From assembly GCF_020745735.1 (NCBI RefSeq), contig NW_026867842.1, positions 1-64,000 of the forward strand: a stretch of DNA of 64,000 bases. Direction: 5' to 3'. The notes beneath the pieces are model-generated. The model did no database searches and was not told the DNA's origin. It saw nothing but the letters and a program-made list of their open reading frames with translations. Below are positions 8,840 through 21,720 of the stretch, piece after piece (positions within the stretch are counted from its first letter, which is position 1; every line of letters begins with the position of its first letter). A program made the position numbers and the translations under genes. This DNA is from Hemiscyllium ocellatum (taxonomy: Eukaryota).

Positions 8840-11150
8840 CCCTGTCACCCTGCACATTGTTCCTTTTCAAATAACAGTCTCATTCCCTTCGGAATGTTTT
8901 AATTGAAGCTGCCTCCACCACACTCTTAGGCAGTGCATTCCACACCTTAACCACCCACTGGCTGAAAATGTTGTTCCCCATCTCACTTTTGTTACTTTTA
9001 CTTATTACTTTAAATCTGTGTTCTCTCGGTCTCAATCCTTTCTCAATTGGGGACATTCTCTCCCTATTTACCCTGTCCAGGCCCCTCCTGGTTTTAATTC
9101 CTCAATCAAATCTCTCAGCCTTCGCCAAAGAAGACAGTCCCCAATTCTCCAATCAATCTGTATAACTGATGTTCCTCATCCCTGGAAGGATCTTCAGGAA
9201 TATTTTTTGCCATTTCTACAAAACTTCAGCTCCTTCCTGAATTATTCACATTTTCTATGACCCTCATGATTTTATAAACCTTTACAAGGTCACTCCTCAG
9301 ACTCTTACGTGTCAGAATAAAAAGTTTCAGCTTTTCCAGCTTCTCATCGTCATGGAGTCATACAGCGTGGAAACAGACCTTTCAGTTCAACTTGTCCATA
9401 CTAACCAGATATCCTAAATCACCTCATCCCATTTGCCAGCATTTTGCTTACATTCCTCAAAACCCTTCCGATTCATGTACCCATCCCAATGCGTTTTAAA
9501 TGCTGTAATAGTATCTGCCTCCAATACTTACTCTGGCAGCTCGATCCAGACACATACCACCCTCTGTGTGACAAGTTACCCCTCAGGTCCCTTTTGAATA
9601 TTTTGCCTCTCACCTTAAACCTATGCCATCTTGTTTTGGACTCCCTTTCCCAAAGAAAAGGCCTTGGATATACACCCTGTCCATTCCCCTCATGATTGTA
9701 TAAACATCTATAAGGTCACCCCGAAGCCTTAGATGCTGTAGGAAAAATAGACCCAGTTTCTTCAGCCTTTCCCTATAGCTCAAACCCTCCAATTCCTGGC
9801 CATGTCCTTGTAAATCTTTTCTGCAGCTTTATAAGTTTAACAGCATCCTTCCTATTTTCGAGGTGATCAGGATTGTTCACATTATTGCCAAAGTGGCCTC
9901 ACTAATCTCCTGTACAGCTGCAACATGATGTCCCAACTCCTATACTCAAAATAGTGACCAATAAAAGCAAGTGTACCCAACACCTTCTTCATCACCCTGT
10001 CTACTTGTGACCCCACTTTCAAGTAATAATGCACTTGCATCTTCAATCCGAGGTCTCTTTGTTCAGCAACACTCCACAGGGCCCTCCCATTAACTGTCTA
10101 ACTCCTGCCCTGGGTTGCCTTTCCAAAATGCAACATCTCACAGTTATCTAAACTGAACTCCATATGCTACACCTCTGCCCATTGCCCCATCTGATGAAGG
10201 TCCCGCTGTACTCTGAGATGAATTTCTTCGCTATCCACTATCGTACCAATTTAGATATCATCTACAAACTTACTGTAACTCCTATATTCACATCCAAATC
10301 ATTTCTATAAAATAGTGAATCCAGCACCAATGTTAGTGGCACACAGCTATTCACAGATCTCCAGTCTGAAAAGCAACCTTTTACCACCACTCCTGTCTCC
10401 TATCTTCAATCCAATTTTTTTATCCCAATGGCTCACTCCCCCTGGATCCCATGTGGTCTAACCTTACTAACCAGTCTATCATGTGGAACCTTGTCAAAAA
10501 CTTTACTGAAGTCCATATTGACAATGTCTATTGTTCTATCTCCATAAATCTTCTTTGTCACCTCCTCAATCAAATTCAGGAGACATGATTTCCTATGCAT
10601 AAAACCACATTGATTATCCAAAGAATGTAAATCCTATCCCACAGAATCCACTCCAACATCTTACCCAACACTGACATCAGGCTCACTGGTCTATAATTCC
10701 CTGGCTTTTCCTTACAGTCTTTCTTTCTTAAATAATGGCATAACATTAGTCAACCTCTCTGGTTCTCCAGCACCTTACCCATAGTTGTCAGTGATACACA
10801 TATCTCAGTAAGGGGCCCAGCAATCTCTTCCCTAGTTTGCCACAATGTTCTGGGATACACCTGATCAGGTCCTAGGGTTTATCTACTACTTTTATGTGTT
10901 TTCAGATCTTGAGCGTCTCCTCATTTGTGTGTGGTCTCTTTTCAAGACATCACTATTTTTCCAAATTCCCTAGCTTTCTCCACAATATATACTGACCTGA
11001 AATATTTGTTTGGGATCTCACCCATGTCTTGTGTCTTACCAAAATATAGCACTCACATGTATCTGAATTAAACTCCATCTGCCATTCCTCAGCCCACTGG
11101 CCCAGTTGATCAAGATTCCATTGTATTCTTAGACAGCCTTCTTCACTGCC
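8840..11150 (-). mobile_element. CR1 LINE ORF2 fragments; part from 10192 mirrored at about 63040-64000 (+)
   Basis: Minus frames such as GLSYRERLKKLGLFFLQHLRLRGDLI and QCGFMHRKSCLLNLIE..VNMDFSKVFDKVPHDRLVSK (RT domain). Confidence 0.85.
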
Positions 11151-11153
11151 AAT

Positions 11154-11472
11154 GATTAGATTAGAGCCTCTACGGGGTCGAAACAGGCCCTTCTGCCCAA
11201 AAAGTCCTCACCGATCCTCCGAAGAGTAACCCACCCAGACCCATTTCCCTCTCAGTAATGCATCTAACACTGTGGGCAATTTAGCATGGCCAATTCACCT
11301 GACCTGAACATCTTTGGACCATGGGAGTAAACCAGAACACCCGGAGGAAACCCACGCAGACACAGGGAGAATGTGCAAACTCCACACAGACAGTTACCCA
11401 AGGCTGGAATCGAACCTGTGACCCTAGCTCTGAGAGGCTGCAGTGCTACCCACTGAGCCACCGTGCTGCCCC
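11154..11472 (-). mobile_element. HE1-like V-SINE; mirror copy at about 62720-63037 (+)
   Basis: Reverse complement of the HE1 head, V-domain and (ctaat)n tail. Confidence 0.85.
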
Positions 11473-11499
11473 ACCTGAGCCACCACTGAGCCACCGATG

Positions 11500-12600
11500 C
11501 CACCTGAAAATTCACCTGAACACACTCTCACAACTCTGGGCCCTTCCTGCCCATTACACTGCTACTATCCCAGTCTATATTCAGAAGCTAAAGACCGCCC
11601 CGCCCATTTATAACAACTCTATCATATTTGCAGGTCTCTGTAAATTCATGCATTTGTATTCTTCCACATCCTTCCCACTGGGAGGTGACTTATTGACTGA
11701 ACTGAGGATTCTGTGTTCCTTTGTGTTCCTCTTTGACATTCTCTCCTGGTTCGCACAGCCCTGCCAAGTTAGTTTTAAACCCTCTCTAACTGCATGAGTA
11801 AACCACCTCACAAAAATCCAAAGACCTCCCTCATGGATCCTCTTTCCAGCCCCACAGTCACCTGTGCTCACCTCCTGATTCTATTCTCACCTGCATGTAG
11901 CACTGGGAGTCATCCGGAGATTCCTCCTTTTCAGTTCCTGCTGCTAATTCCCTCCAGAGCTCCCAACCTTCTGACTGCAGGACCACGTTCCTTTTTCTCC
12001 ATCCATCACTGGGACCAATGTGGACTATGACTGCTGGCTGTTCCCCCTCTCCCCTCAGGGTGCTCTGCAGCCGCTCAGTGACATCCTTGACCTTGGCATC
12101 AGAGAGACAACACACCATCCTGGATTCCCATCTGCAGCTGCAGAAACACCTATCGATGCCCTCACTCTCAAATATCCTCTCACTATCGCTCTTCCAGTTT
12201 TCCTTCTGCCCTCCTGTATAGCTGAGCACCCCCCCCCCCCCCCCCCCGTGGTGCCAGGGACTTGGCTCTGGCTGCACTCCCCAGATGAACCATCATTCTC
12301 ATCAGGATTCTGAACTGAATCTTAGTTGGAGAGTGGGAGGCACTCAGGGATTCCTGTACTAGCTGCCTGGTCCTTTTGGACTGTCTGCTGCTCCCCCATT
12401 CCCTCTCTCCCTGCATACTCTGAAGCTTCGGAGTGACCACATCTAGAAACGTGCTCTCCACGGAGCTCTCAGCCTCACAGATGCTCTCCACTGACACCAG
12501 CTGCTGCTCAAGCTCCAGAACCTGGAGCTCCAACTGCTGTCACTGACCACACTTCCTGCTCTCATGGTATTCCAGGAGCTGGGAAGCATTCTGAAGTTCC
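11500..12600 (-). mobile_element. CR1 5' region with decayed ORF1 (coiled coil and SGNH esterase); mirror at about 61620-62690 (+)
   Basis: LQVLELEQQLVSVESICEAESSVESTFLDVVTP and GEQPAVIVHIGPSDGWRKRNVVLQSE resemble fish/shark CR1 ORF1. Confidence 0.75.
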
Positions 12601-13553
12601 CACCTAAATGCACACTCTCTCCACTCTTTGGTTATCTGTTGATAATGTTCTGATGATAAACAGCTACAGCAGGGCTCACAGTCCAGTAGGTTCAGTGTTC
12701 CAGGGTTTTGGGAAACTCTCCAGAAGACTTTAAGAAATAGGAGCAGAAATCAGCCATTCAGCCCATTGAATCTGCTCTGCAATTTGATCTTGGCAGATAT
12801 GCTTCTCAACCCCATTCTCCTGCCTACTCCACAGGAATTTTCCATCCCCTTAACAATCACAAACCTATCTATCCCTGTCTTAAATACACTCAGTGACTTG
12901 GCCTCCACTGCCCTCTGTAGCAATAAGTTCAACAAATTCACCACCCTCTGGCTGAAGAGATTCACCCTTATCTCAACTCTAAAGAGTCGGCCCTTCATTC
13001 TGAGGCTGTGCCTTGGTTACCGAGTCTCTCCTGCTTTTGGAAACATCTTCTCTGCATCCACTCTATCCAGGCCTGTCAGTATTCTGTAAATTTCAATAAG
13101 ATCCCTCTTCATCCTTCTAAAGTCCATTGAGTACAGACCCAGAGTCCTCAAGCACGCCTGATATGACAAGCCCTTCATTGCCAGGATCATTCTTGTAAAC
13201 CCCTCCAATGCCAGTACATTGTTCTATTAAAATATGGGTCCCAAAAATGCCCACAATATTCCAAATACAGTTTGACCAGAGCCTTACACAGCCTCAGCAG
13301 TACATCTCTGCTCTTGTATTCTGGCCCTATTGAAATGAATGCTATCATTTTATTTGCCTTCTCAAGCACAAACTGGACCTGCCTGTTAACCTGAAGGGAA
13401 ACCTGATGAGGTTTGTGCTTTAGATTTCCAAAGGCTTTCCTCATTTAGCAAACAGTCTTTGTATTTCTTCTTGTGTTCTATCTGCCACTTCTTTGCCAAC
13501 TCTCAGAGCCTATTAGGACCTTTTACAGCCTTCCCACTTCCTCAACACTACCT

Positions 13554-13876
13554 TTAGATTAGAGATTACTTTAGATTACTTACAGTGTGGAAACAGGCCC
13601 TTCGGCCCAACAAGTCCACACCGACCCGCCGAAGCGAAACCCACCCATACCCCTACATTTACCCCTTACCTAACACTACGGGCAATTTACGTGGCCAATT
13701 CACCTGACCCGCACATCTTTGGACTGTGGGAGGAAACCGGAGCACCCGGAGGAAACCCACGCAGACACGGGGAGAACGTGCAAACTCCACACAGTCAGTC
13801 GCCTGAGTTGGGAATTGAACCCAGGTCTCTGGCGCTGTGAGGCAGCACTGCTAACCACTGTGCCACCGTGCCGCCC
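13554..13876 (-). mobile_element. Young full-length HE1-like SINE; mirror at about 60344-60665 (+)
   Basis: Near-consensus, CpG-retaining copy with a gtaatcta tail. Confidence 0.9.
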
Positions 13877-14275
13877 CTCCTGTCCCTCCACCTATCTCAT
13901 GTTGTCTGCAAACTTAGCAACAATGTCTTCACTTCCTTCATCCAGATTGTTAATGTATAACGTGAATAGTTATTGTCCCAACATTGACACCTGCAGAACT
14001 CTACCAGTCACCAGCTGCCATTTTTCCTCACTCTCTGCTTTATGCCAACCTGTCCGTTCTCAGTCCATGCCAGTACATTGCCCCTAACACCGTGGGCACT
14101 TATCTTATGTCAAATACCTTCTGGAAATCAAAATACATTACTTCCTCGGACTCTCCTTTGCCTGACTGGCTCATTGCCTCCTCAAAGAATTCTAACACAT
14201 TTGCCAGGCATGACCTCCCCTTGATGAAACCGTGTTGACTCAGCCCTATTTTACCATTGCACTTCCAAGTCCACC

Positions 14276-14459
14276 GGGTGACACTGTGGCACATTGGTTA
14301 GCACTGCTGCCTCACAGCGCCAGGGACCTGGGTTCAATTCCTGCCTCAGGCGACTGACTGTGTGGAGTTTGCATGTTCTCCCCGTGTCTGTGTGGGTTTC
14401 CTCCAGGTGCTCCGGTTTCCTCCCACAGTCCAAAGATGTGCGGGTCAGGTGAATTGGCC
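14276..14459 (+). mobile_element. 3'-truncated HE1-like SINE; mirror at about 59761-59944 (-)
   Basis: tRNA-like head and V-domain are present, the tail is absent. Confidence 0.8.
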
Positions 14460-15514
14460 TTAGCCTTAGGCAAGGGGTATATATCCCCCATCAAATCTCC
14501 ACCTCCACACCCTGACTCCATTGATTCCTGAAAGATCATCACCAATGCCTCCACAATCTCTTCAGTGATCTCCTTCAGAACACACTGGTGTAGTTCATCC
14601 AGTCTGGGGGAGTTATCCAAATTCAGACCTTCCAGCTTCCCCAGTACCTCCTCCTTACTGATGGCCACTACACGCCTGAACTGCCCCCTGACAGTCTGGA
14701 AGTACTTGTACACTGCTGGTGTTTTCCATGGTGCAGACTGATGCAAAGTATCGATTCAATTCCTCGGCTATTCCTTCATTTCCTACTATTCTTTCTCCAA
14801 ACTCATTTTCCAGTGATCCAATGTCTAGTTTTGCCTCCCTCTTCCTTTTTATATATTTGCTAAAACTCTTGCAATCTTCTTTTATATTACTGGCTAGATA
14901 ACTCCCAGATTTCATCTTCTCCACCCTTAATGCTTTTTTAGTTATCCTCTATAGCTCTTTAAAGACTTCCTAATCCTCTGGCTTCCCACTATTCTCCACC
15001 ACATTGGATGCTTTTTCTTTTGCTTTTATGCTGTCCTTGACCTCCCTCATCAGCCATGGTTGCCTTGTCCTCCCCTGAGAATGTTTTTTTCTTTTTTGGG
15101 ATGAATTCCTACTCTACTTCCTGAATTACCCCCAGAAACTCTGCTGTTTGCTGCCCCACCATCTTACCTGCTCGGCTCCCCTTACAACCAACTCTGGCCA
15201 GCTCCTTCCTCATGTCTTTGCAGTTACCTTTACTCAACTGAAATACAGTTCCATCTGATTGTAGCTTCTCTCTCTCAAACTACAGGGGGAATTATGGTCA
15301 CTTATCCAGAGTGATACTTTCACCTTAAACTCACTAATCATGTTTGCCTCATTCCACATCACTGAATCCACACCTGCCTGTTCCATCATTGCTCAACCAC
15401 AAGCTGCTCCAAAAACCATCTCGTAGACATTCCATGAAATCCTTTTCTTTCGATGCACTACCCAGTCCACCTATCCATTGAGGTCTACCCTGACATTTAG
15501 TTTATCCCTTTTCT

Positions 15515-15807
15515 GGGCGGCATGGTGGCACAGTGGTTAGCACTGCTGCCTCACAGCGCCTGAGACCCAGGTTCAATTCCTATCTCAGGCGACTGACTGC
15601 GTGGAGTTTGCTCGTTCTCCCCATGTCTGCGTGGGTTTCCTCCCTCAGTCCAAAGATGTGCAGGTCAGGTGAATTGGACATGCTAAATTGCCCGTAGTGT
15701 TAGGTAAGGGGTAAATGTAGGGGTATGGGTGGGTTGCGCTTCAGTGGGTCGGTGTGGACTTGTTGGGCTGAACAGCCTGCTTCCACACTGTAAGTAATCT
15801 AATCTAA
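15515..15807 (+). mobile_element. HE1-like SINE with TSD ttttct; mirror at about 58411-58703 (-)
   Basis: Full head to 'gtaagtaatctaatct' tail; ttttct at 15509-15514 and 15808-15813. Confidence 0.9.
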
Positions 15808-16590
15808 TTTTCTGTCTCCTGATTGATTTCCTTCCCCACACCCTGATTACTGCTTGGAGACCTGGACATAACTTGCATCAGATTCTTTATTGTGGTTCCT
15901 CAGCTCTACCCACACAGATTCTACACCTTCTGACTTCTTGCTATTGATTGAATTTTATTTCACACTAACAAGGCAACTCTTGCCCCTCTGCCCATCTGCC
16001 TGTCCTTTTGATAGGACATGGATCCTTGGATATTTAGTTCCCAGCCCAGACCCCCTTACAGCCATGTCTCTGTGATACCCACAACATCGTACCTACCAGT
16101 TTCAATCTGCACTACAAGCTCATTGTGTATACTGTGTGCATTTAAGTACAACACCCTCAGTCCTGCATTGACTGCCCTCCTTCTCATCATTGTCCTCTTA
16201 TCTACTGTGCTTGAAGTTCGACTCTTGTTCCTTTCTGTACTCTCTGTCCTAGGTTGTCTTCTAGAAACTTGAATAACCTCTCCTGAGCCCTCCTCCACTT
16301 TAACTAGTTTAATTCCTTGGACACTCAATTTACCTTGATTTATTGCGTCACTTTGTCTACCTTATTCGGAATGCTTTGTGCATTTAGTTACAAACTCTTT
16401 AAATTTATTTTATTATTGATTTTCCCTGCACTTCTTTAGTTCCTTTGATATTCAAAAAATCCGTCCCCATCTTTTATTTTCTGGTAACAATCAATCCCAC
16501 CACTAACCAACAATCGACCTTCTCCTTCACCTTCTGTTTTCTCATTTTCCATCCAACTGAACCAAATTACTTTATCTGTGGATTGACCTC

Positions 16591-16910
16591 AGGCATGGTG
16601 GCTCAGTGGTTAGCACCGCTACCTCACAACGCCAAGGATACGGGTTCAATTCCTGCCTTGGGAAACTGTCTGTGTGGTGTTTGCACATTGTCCCTGTGTC
16701 TGTGTGGGTTTCCCCCAGGTGCTCTGGTTTACTCCCACTGTCCAAAGATGTGCAGGCCAGGTGAATTGGCCATTCTAAATTGCCTACAGTGTTAGATGAA
16801 ATAGTCAGGAGTAAATGTATGGAATGTTTCTGGGTGGGCTGCTGTTTGGAGGGTTGGTGTGGACTTGTCAGGCTGAACTGCCTGTTTCCACACTGGAGGG
16901 AATCTAATCA
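16591..16910 (+). mobile_element. HE1-like SINE; mirror at about 57310-57630 (-)
   Basis: 'ggcatggtggctcagtggttagcacc' head and V-domain. Confidence 0.85.
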
Positions 16911-17149
16911 GGCCAATATTTCTCATTATTGCTCTTTGATCTCTTGCTTCTACTTGATCCTGCTGTGTAGAAACTGGCTGCCACCTTCCTGACATTGCAA
17001 CAGTGACTCCTTGTCAAACAAAACTGTCTGTAAATGTCTTTGGAAGAGCCTGAAATGTTAAGGGCTGGATTGATGCCCATATGCTCTAAACTTTTCTGAT
17101 TTACATATCCATGCCTTTTAAATGTTTTAATCATACCAGCCTTCACCAC

Positions 17150-18700
17150 TTCTTCTGGCAGCCCATTTCATACATTTAACACCATCTGAATGAAAACGTT
17201 GTTCTTTAGGTCCCTTTTAAATCTTTCCCCTGTCACCTTCAACCTATGCCCTCCAGTTCTGGACTCCCCCACTCTGGAGAAAAGATCTTCTCTATTCACC
17301 CTATCTATGCTGCTCATGATTTTATAAACCTCCATCCGGTCACCCATCAACCTGCAATGATCCAGGGAAAACAGCCTCAGCCTATTCAGCCTCTCCCGAT
17401 AGCTCAAACCCTCCAACCTTGGCAACATCCTTGTAAATCTTTTCTGAACCATTTTAAGGTTCACAACATTTTTCCTCCAGCAGGGAGACCAGAATTACAC
17501 ACAGTATTCCAAAAGTGCCCTAACCAATGTCTGTCAGCCACAAGAGCTCCCAACTCCAATACTCAATGCACTGACCAATAAAAGAAAGCAAACCAAATGA
17601 CATTGTCACCCCCCCCCACCACCCCACCTACCTGCAACCTCACTTCCAGTGAACTATTCTTTTTTTTTGGATGAACTGAGAGTCTTCCAGTTGTGAAAGA
17701 TGCCATTCCATGGACTTTTGGATGAAGAGCAGGCAGTTCCCCCTGGTGTCCCTAATCAATATTTATCCCCCAGTCAAAATCAATGAAAATCTGTTTCTCT
17801 TCTTTTTATCATATTGTGTTTGGGATCTCGCTGTGCACAGTCTGCAGGAAAGATCCATTGGGACATCTTGATTTGGGGACAGGTGCTTCACAAATGCAAG
17901 TCTTTCTTTAAGTTTGAAGTCTCCTGATCCGAACACTCACCCATTGTCTGTGCACTCTCACCTTCCGGGGGCATGGGGTCATTAGGAGCAGTGACCCAAA
18001 GGACACTGAGACTCTTTGCAGCCTCACCCTTGACCTCAGCCCAGCAGTGTGCAGCAAGGTTTGAATTGTAATCTAGAACCTTCTACACAGACACCCCAAT
18101 GTGACTCATTCCCGAAGTGTGTGGATCCGAGTCTGCTCCAAAGTTCTCGGATAAATTTCTCCTGATCTGTGGGTGATCGGAGGTTTGTTAAAGAAGTATC
18201 AAGATCCATCCCACTTTCCAGCTCTTGCTCCATAGCTCTGGAGGTTTCACTGTTTGAAGTGAATACCCAAGTGTTTTTTTTCAAAGTGATGAGGGTTTCT
18301 GCCTCTCCCACCCTTTCAGGCTGTGAGTCCCACATCCCACCAAGCTCTGGGTGAAAACAAATACCCTCAACTCCCCTATAATCCTGCCCCCAACTGATTT
18401 CAATCTCTCCCCCGGGTTATTGCCCTCTGTGCTGGTGGAAATCAGTCCTTCCTACCCACTCTGTCCAGGCCCCTCATCATTTTACACACCACCATCAAAT
18501 CTCCCCTCAGCCTCCTGTGTTCCAACAAAAACACTCCCAGCCAATCCAAACATTCCTCAAAACTCAAAGTCCCATTCCAGACAAACTCTTCCTCTGTCCT
18601 GGTCTCCTGTGGGATCACATCCTTCCTATAATGTGGTGACCAGAACCGTACACAGTTCTCTCACTGTGCTCTAACTGGGGTTTTATACAGTTCCAGAATA
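17150..18700 (-). mobile_element. CR1 3' fragments; mirror at about 55520-57070 (+)
   Basis: VQKRFTRMLPRLEGLSYRERLNRLRLFSL (17168-17464) and a second tail at about 18050-18700. Confidence 0.8.
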
Positions 18701-18724
18701 ATCACAGTCAACCAAAAATGAGAT

Positions 18725-19030
18725 AAGGGAGGTGATGGTCTAATGGTGTTATTGCTGAGCTGTTAATCCAGAGATCCAGGTAATGTTCTGGGGACCAGGG
18801 TTAGAATCCAGCAGATGGTGGCATTCAAATTCAATCAAAAAAAATCTGGAATTAAGTCTAATGACGACCATGAAACCATCTTTGATTGTCAGGAAAACGC
18901 CATCTGATTCCCTAATGTCCTTTCGGGAAAGAAACTGCCATCCTTACCATGTGACCCCAGACCCACAGCAATGTGGTTGACTCTAAACTGCCCTTTGGGT
19001 GATTAGCGATGGACAATAAATGCTGCCGAT
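18725..19030 (+). mobile_element. Second tRNA-derived SINE family, probably DeuSINE-like; mirror at about 55195-55500 (-)
   Basis: tRNA-like head and 'ccacagcaatgtggttgactctaaactgccct', recalled as a Deu-domain-like shark SINE; the family name is unverified. Confidence 0.55.
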
Positions 19031-20135
19031 CCAGCAATTGCCCTCATTCCATCAAGGGAAAATGAAGAACAGTTTATCCCATGTGTCTTCTTACCACCTC
19101 ACTGACCTGCATTAAACACCATGGCCAAATCTTCCATCTCCACATGACTTGCAGTTTCAAATTCCTTCATTATCTGAGCTACAGATAGAAACATCCAAAC
19201 TACGAGCAACCGTAGGCCATTTGGCCCCCGAGCCTGCTCCACCATTCATTATGATCATGGCTGATTATCCAACACAGTCCCCTGTTCCTGCTTTCTCCCC
19301 ACATTCTTTGATCCCTTTCATCCGAAGAACTACATCTAATTCCTTATTGAACACATACCGCATCTAATTCCCTCATGCTGGTAAAATGGATGAGAATTAT
19401 TGGGTTGTTGTTTTTTGACCAGTATGGACACAATGGGCTGATGGGCCTTTTGGGTCTCTCTGACTCGATGATTCTATTATTATACTTTAAGAATAACTGA
19501 GTACCAAGGACTGACCACTGTGTAACTACCTGTCATTCAGAAAAAGACTCATTCTTTCTGTCCTGTCTGCCAACCAGTTCCCAATCCATGTCAGTATGTG
19601 AACCCCAATCCTCTTGTTCATTTGGTCTAGATCTGGAAGCCACACCCTTACTAATTGTGGGACCAGATTCTGAACAGTCTGTCTCATCCTTCGAGGGCTC
19701 CTACTGCCCTGACACTGATTTCCCATCATGCCATTGGTTCCGATCCACTTTTACCAAAGCACCACACAGTTTAGTAAAATGAAAACTTTTACACTTGCTC
19801 CATGGTTCTCCATTTCCATCCCTACTCTCAATCTCACTGAGTTCTGATCACTGTCACGAAAATGCTCCCCCATTGACAGCCCTTCCAGCTGCCCAGAAAC
19901 TGTCCCTTCTCTCTATGCTACTTCACCATCACCTTCTCAGGGGCAATTAGGGATGGGTAATAAATGTTGGCCCTGCCAGTGACACCCACATCCCAAGAAG
20001 CAATGTGAACAATGCTTGGTCATTTGTTGGGTTTATTCTGTATTGACGACAAATGTTCAAAAAGATTGTATGGCCAGATTATGGTTGAATTCCCTTCCAG
20101 TGGCAGGAATTAAAATTGTTTCTCTTGTCTTTCAG

Positions 20136-20464
20136 GCCGTGAGAACTCTCAGCCCAAGCTGACCTTGCTGCCCCCCTCCCCGGAGCAGGTCAATGCCAAG
20201 GGCACTGCCACCCTGGTGTGCCTTGCCAATCACTTCTATCCCGATGAGCTGGAGGTGCAGTGGAAGAAGGACGGTGCAGTCATTTCGGACGGGGTTCAGA
20301 CCAGCAACTACCTGCGAGCTTCAGACAGCACCTACAGTGTCAGCAGCCTGCTGACCCTCTCTGGGTCTGACTGGGAGTCCGACGCTCGCTTCTCCTGTGC
20401 CCTCACCCACGTGACCCTCCCCTCTCCCCTCAGCAAGAGCATCAGGAGATCAGAATGTGTGTAG
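20136..20464 (+). CDS. IGKC: Ig light-chain constant exon (kappa/type III-like), copy 1
   Basis: Acceptor tttcAG at 20134-20135; (S)RENSQPKLTLLPPSPEQVNAKGTATLVCLANHFYPDELEVQWKKDG..TYSVSSLLTLSGSDWESDARFSCALTH..KSIRRSECV*: C1-set Cys/Trp and the penultimate Cys for the heavy-light bond. Confidence 0.97.
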
Positions 20465-20603
20465 AGTGTTGGAGACAGTCCACAGAGGAGACACAACTTT
20501 AAACAGAACAGGGCTGAGCTGGCAGGACAAAGGTCATTGTCAGCACTGAATTTCAACTCTCTTCCTTCTCAGGATTGCTCAGAGAAACTTCTGAGGTTTG
20601 GAT

Positions 20604-20966
20604 ATTAAAGCAGGTCATCGCGACAGTGTCAAGAGAGCTTTACACTGTGTCAAACCCCATACTGTCCTTGTCCTGGGAATGTTTGATGGGGACAGGATTG
20701 CCTTGTTATGTTAGCTGCACAAAACAATGTGAACCTCAGAAGTCTCTGCTTCAGTAAACCAGATCTCCTTCCTGCTCAGCTGCCAGTTCCAGTTTAAGGT
20801 TTTGTCACTGTTTAAAGGGACAGGATTCTCGTGTTATTGAGAAAATCTCTCCAAGTGTTTTCCTCAATCTCCATTGGGGCTATGAATTTGAGCAGCTTCC
20901 TCTGTCTTGGCTGTTAATTGCAGTTGTTTCTTTTTCTGTGAATGTGAATGTGGAAAAGGGAATAAA
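20604..20966 (+). terminator. Candidate polyadenylation signals of C copy 1
   Basis: ATTAAA at 20604-20609 and AATAAA at 20961-20966 downstream of the stop; which one is used cannot be determined. Confidence 0.4.
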
Positions 20967-21462
20967 GGTGAAAATTCAGTCTCTGTCTCCGTGTGCTTTG
21001 GAAATAACTGACTTTCTCCTCCCCCCCATCTCTCAGTTGATTGGCTGTATTTCAGCAGGTCATTGTCACAATTGGTTACTTGGCCTGTCAATCAATTACG
21101 ATCATCAATCATTTTCAAATGATCCCTTTAATCAGGAATTTATGTAGATTCCAAAAAGAACAGAAACTGAAAGTTGTTGGGACTCAGTAAGTGCAATCTG
21201 ATGCATTCCCTCTTCACTCTGTTGATACATGCCCAGCTGATGGGATCGAACTGTGCAATCTCTGCTGCATGTCGGTTCGCCCCTGAAATAATCTTCGGCC
21301 AATCACAGACATTGTTGGCTGTGTGCCTCTCTGAGTGTGAGTGTTTAACTCAATACTGCCTATAGATGTCTCTCTGAGTGTGGCTGTGTTACTCAGAGAC
21401 ACACCACAGACAGCGCTCAGTAACACACCCACATTCGGTGAGACACCGATCCGCAGCATGGA

Positions 21463-21720
21463 GTGTGAGTGTGTTACTTAGTGCTGCCTGTAGGTGTCTC
21501 TCTCAGTGTGAGTGTGTTACTCTGTGCTGCCTGTAGGTGTCTCTCTCAATGTGAGTGTGTTACTCTGTGCTGCCTGTAGGTGTCTCTCTCAGTGTGAGTG
21601 TGTTACTCTGTGCTGCCTGAAGGTGTCTCTCTCAGTGTGAGTGTGTTACTCTGTGCTGCCTGTAGGTGTCTCTCTCAGTGTGAGTGTGTTACTCTGTGCT
21701 GCCTGTAGGTGTCTCTCTGA
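21463..21720. repeat. 43-bp minisatellite, 6 units (3 units in the mirror at 52625-52753)
   Basis: Unit GTGTGAGTGTGTTACTCTGTGCTGCCTGTAGGTGTCTCTCTCA starts at 21463, 21506, 21549, 21592, 21635 and 21678. Confidence 0.95.

Larger units (their letters stand above)
12730..16330 (-). mobile_element. Long decayed CR1 ORF2 (endonuclease to 3' tail) with nested SINEs; mirror at about 57890-61480 (+)
   Basis: Endonuclease start LRVLYLNAHSIHNEL..YDVVGITETWL (16056-16328), RT QHGFIKGRSCLANVLEFFEE..YFDFQKVFD, C-terminus LYLEYCGHFWDP. Confidence 0.85.

Noticed and set aside
18806-18822. CTCF-like CCAGCAGATGGTGGC
   Set aside because: It has a mismatch in the core and lies inside a multicopy SINE, so there is no locus-specific support.
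7201-20464. Heavy chain, IgNAR, TCR or germline-joined gene
   Set aside because: No D segments, FGxG J motif, a single C1 domain ending in ECV with no transmembrane exon, and both RSSs still present.
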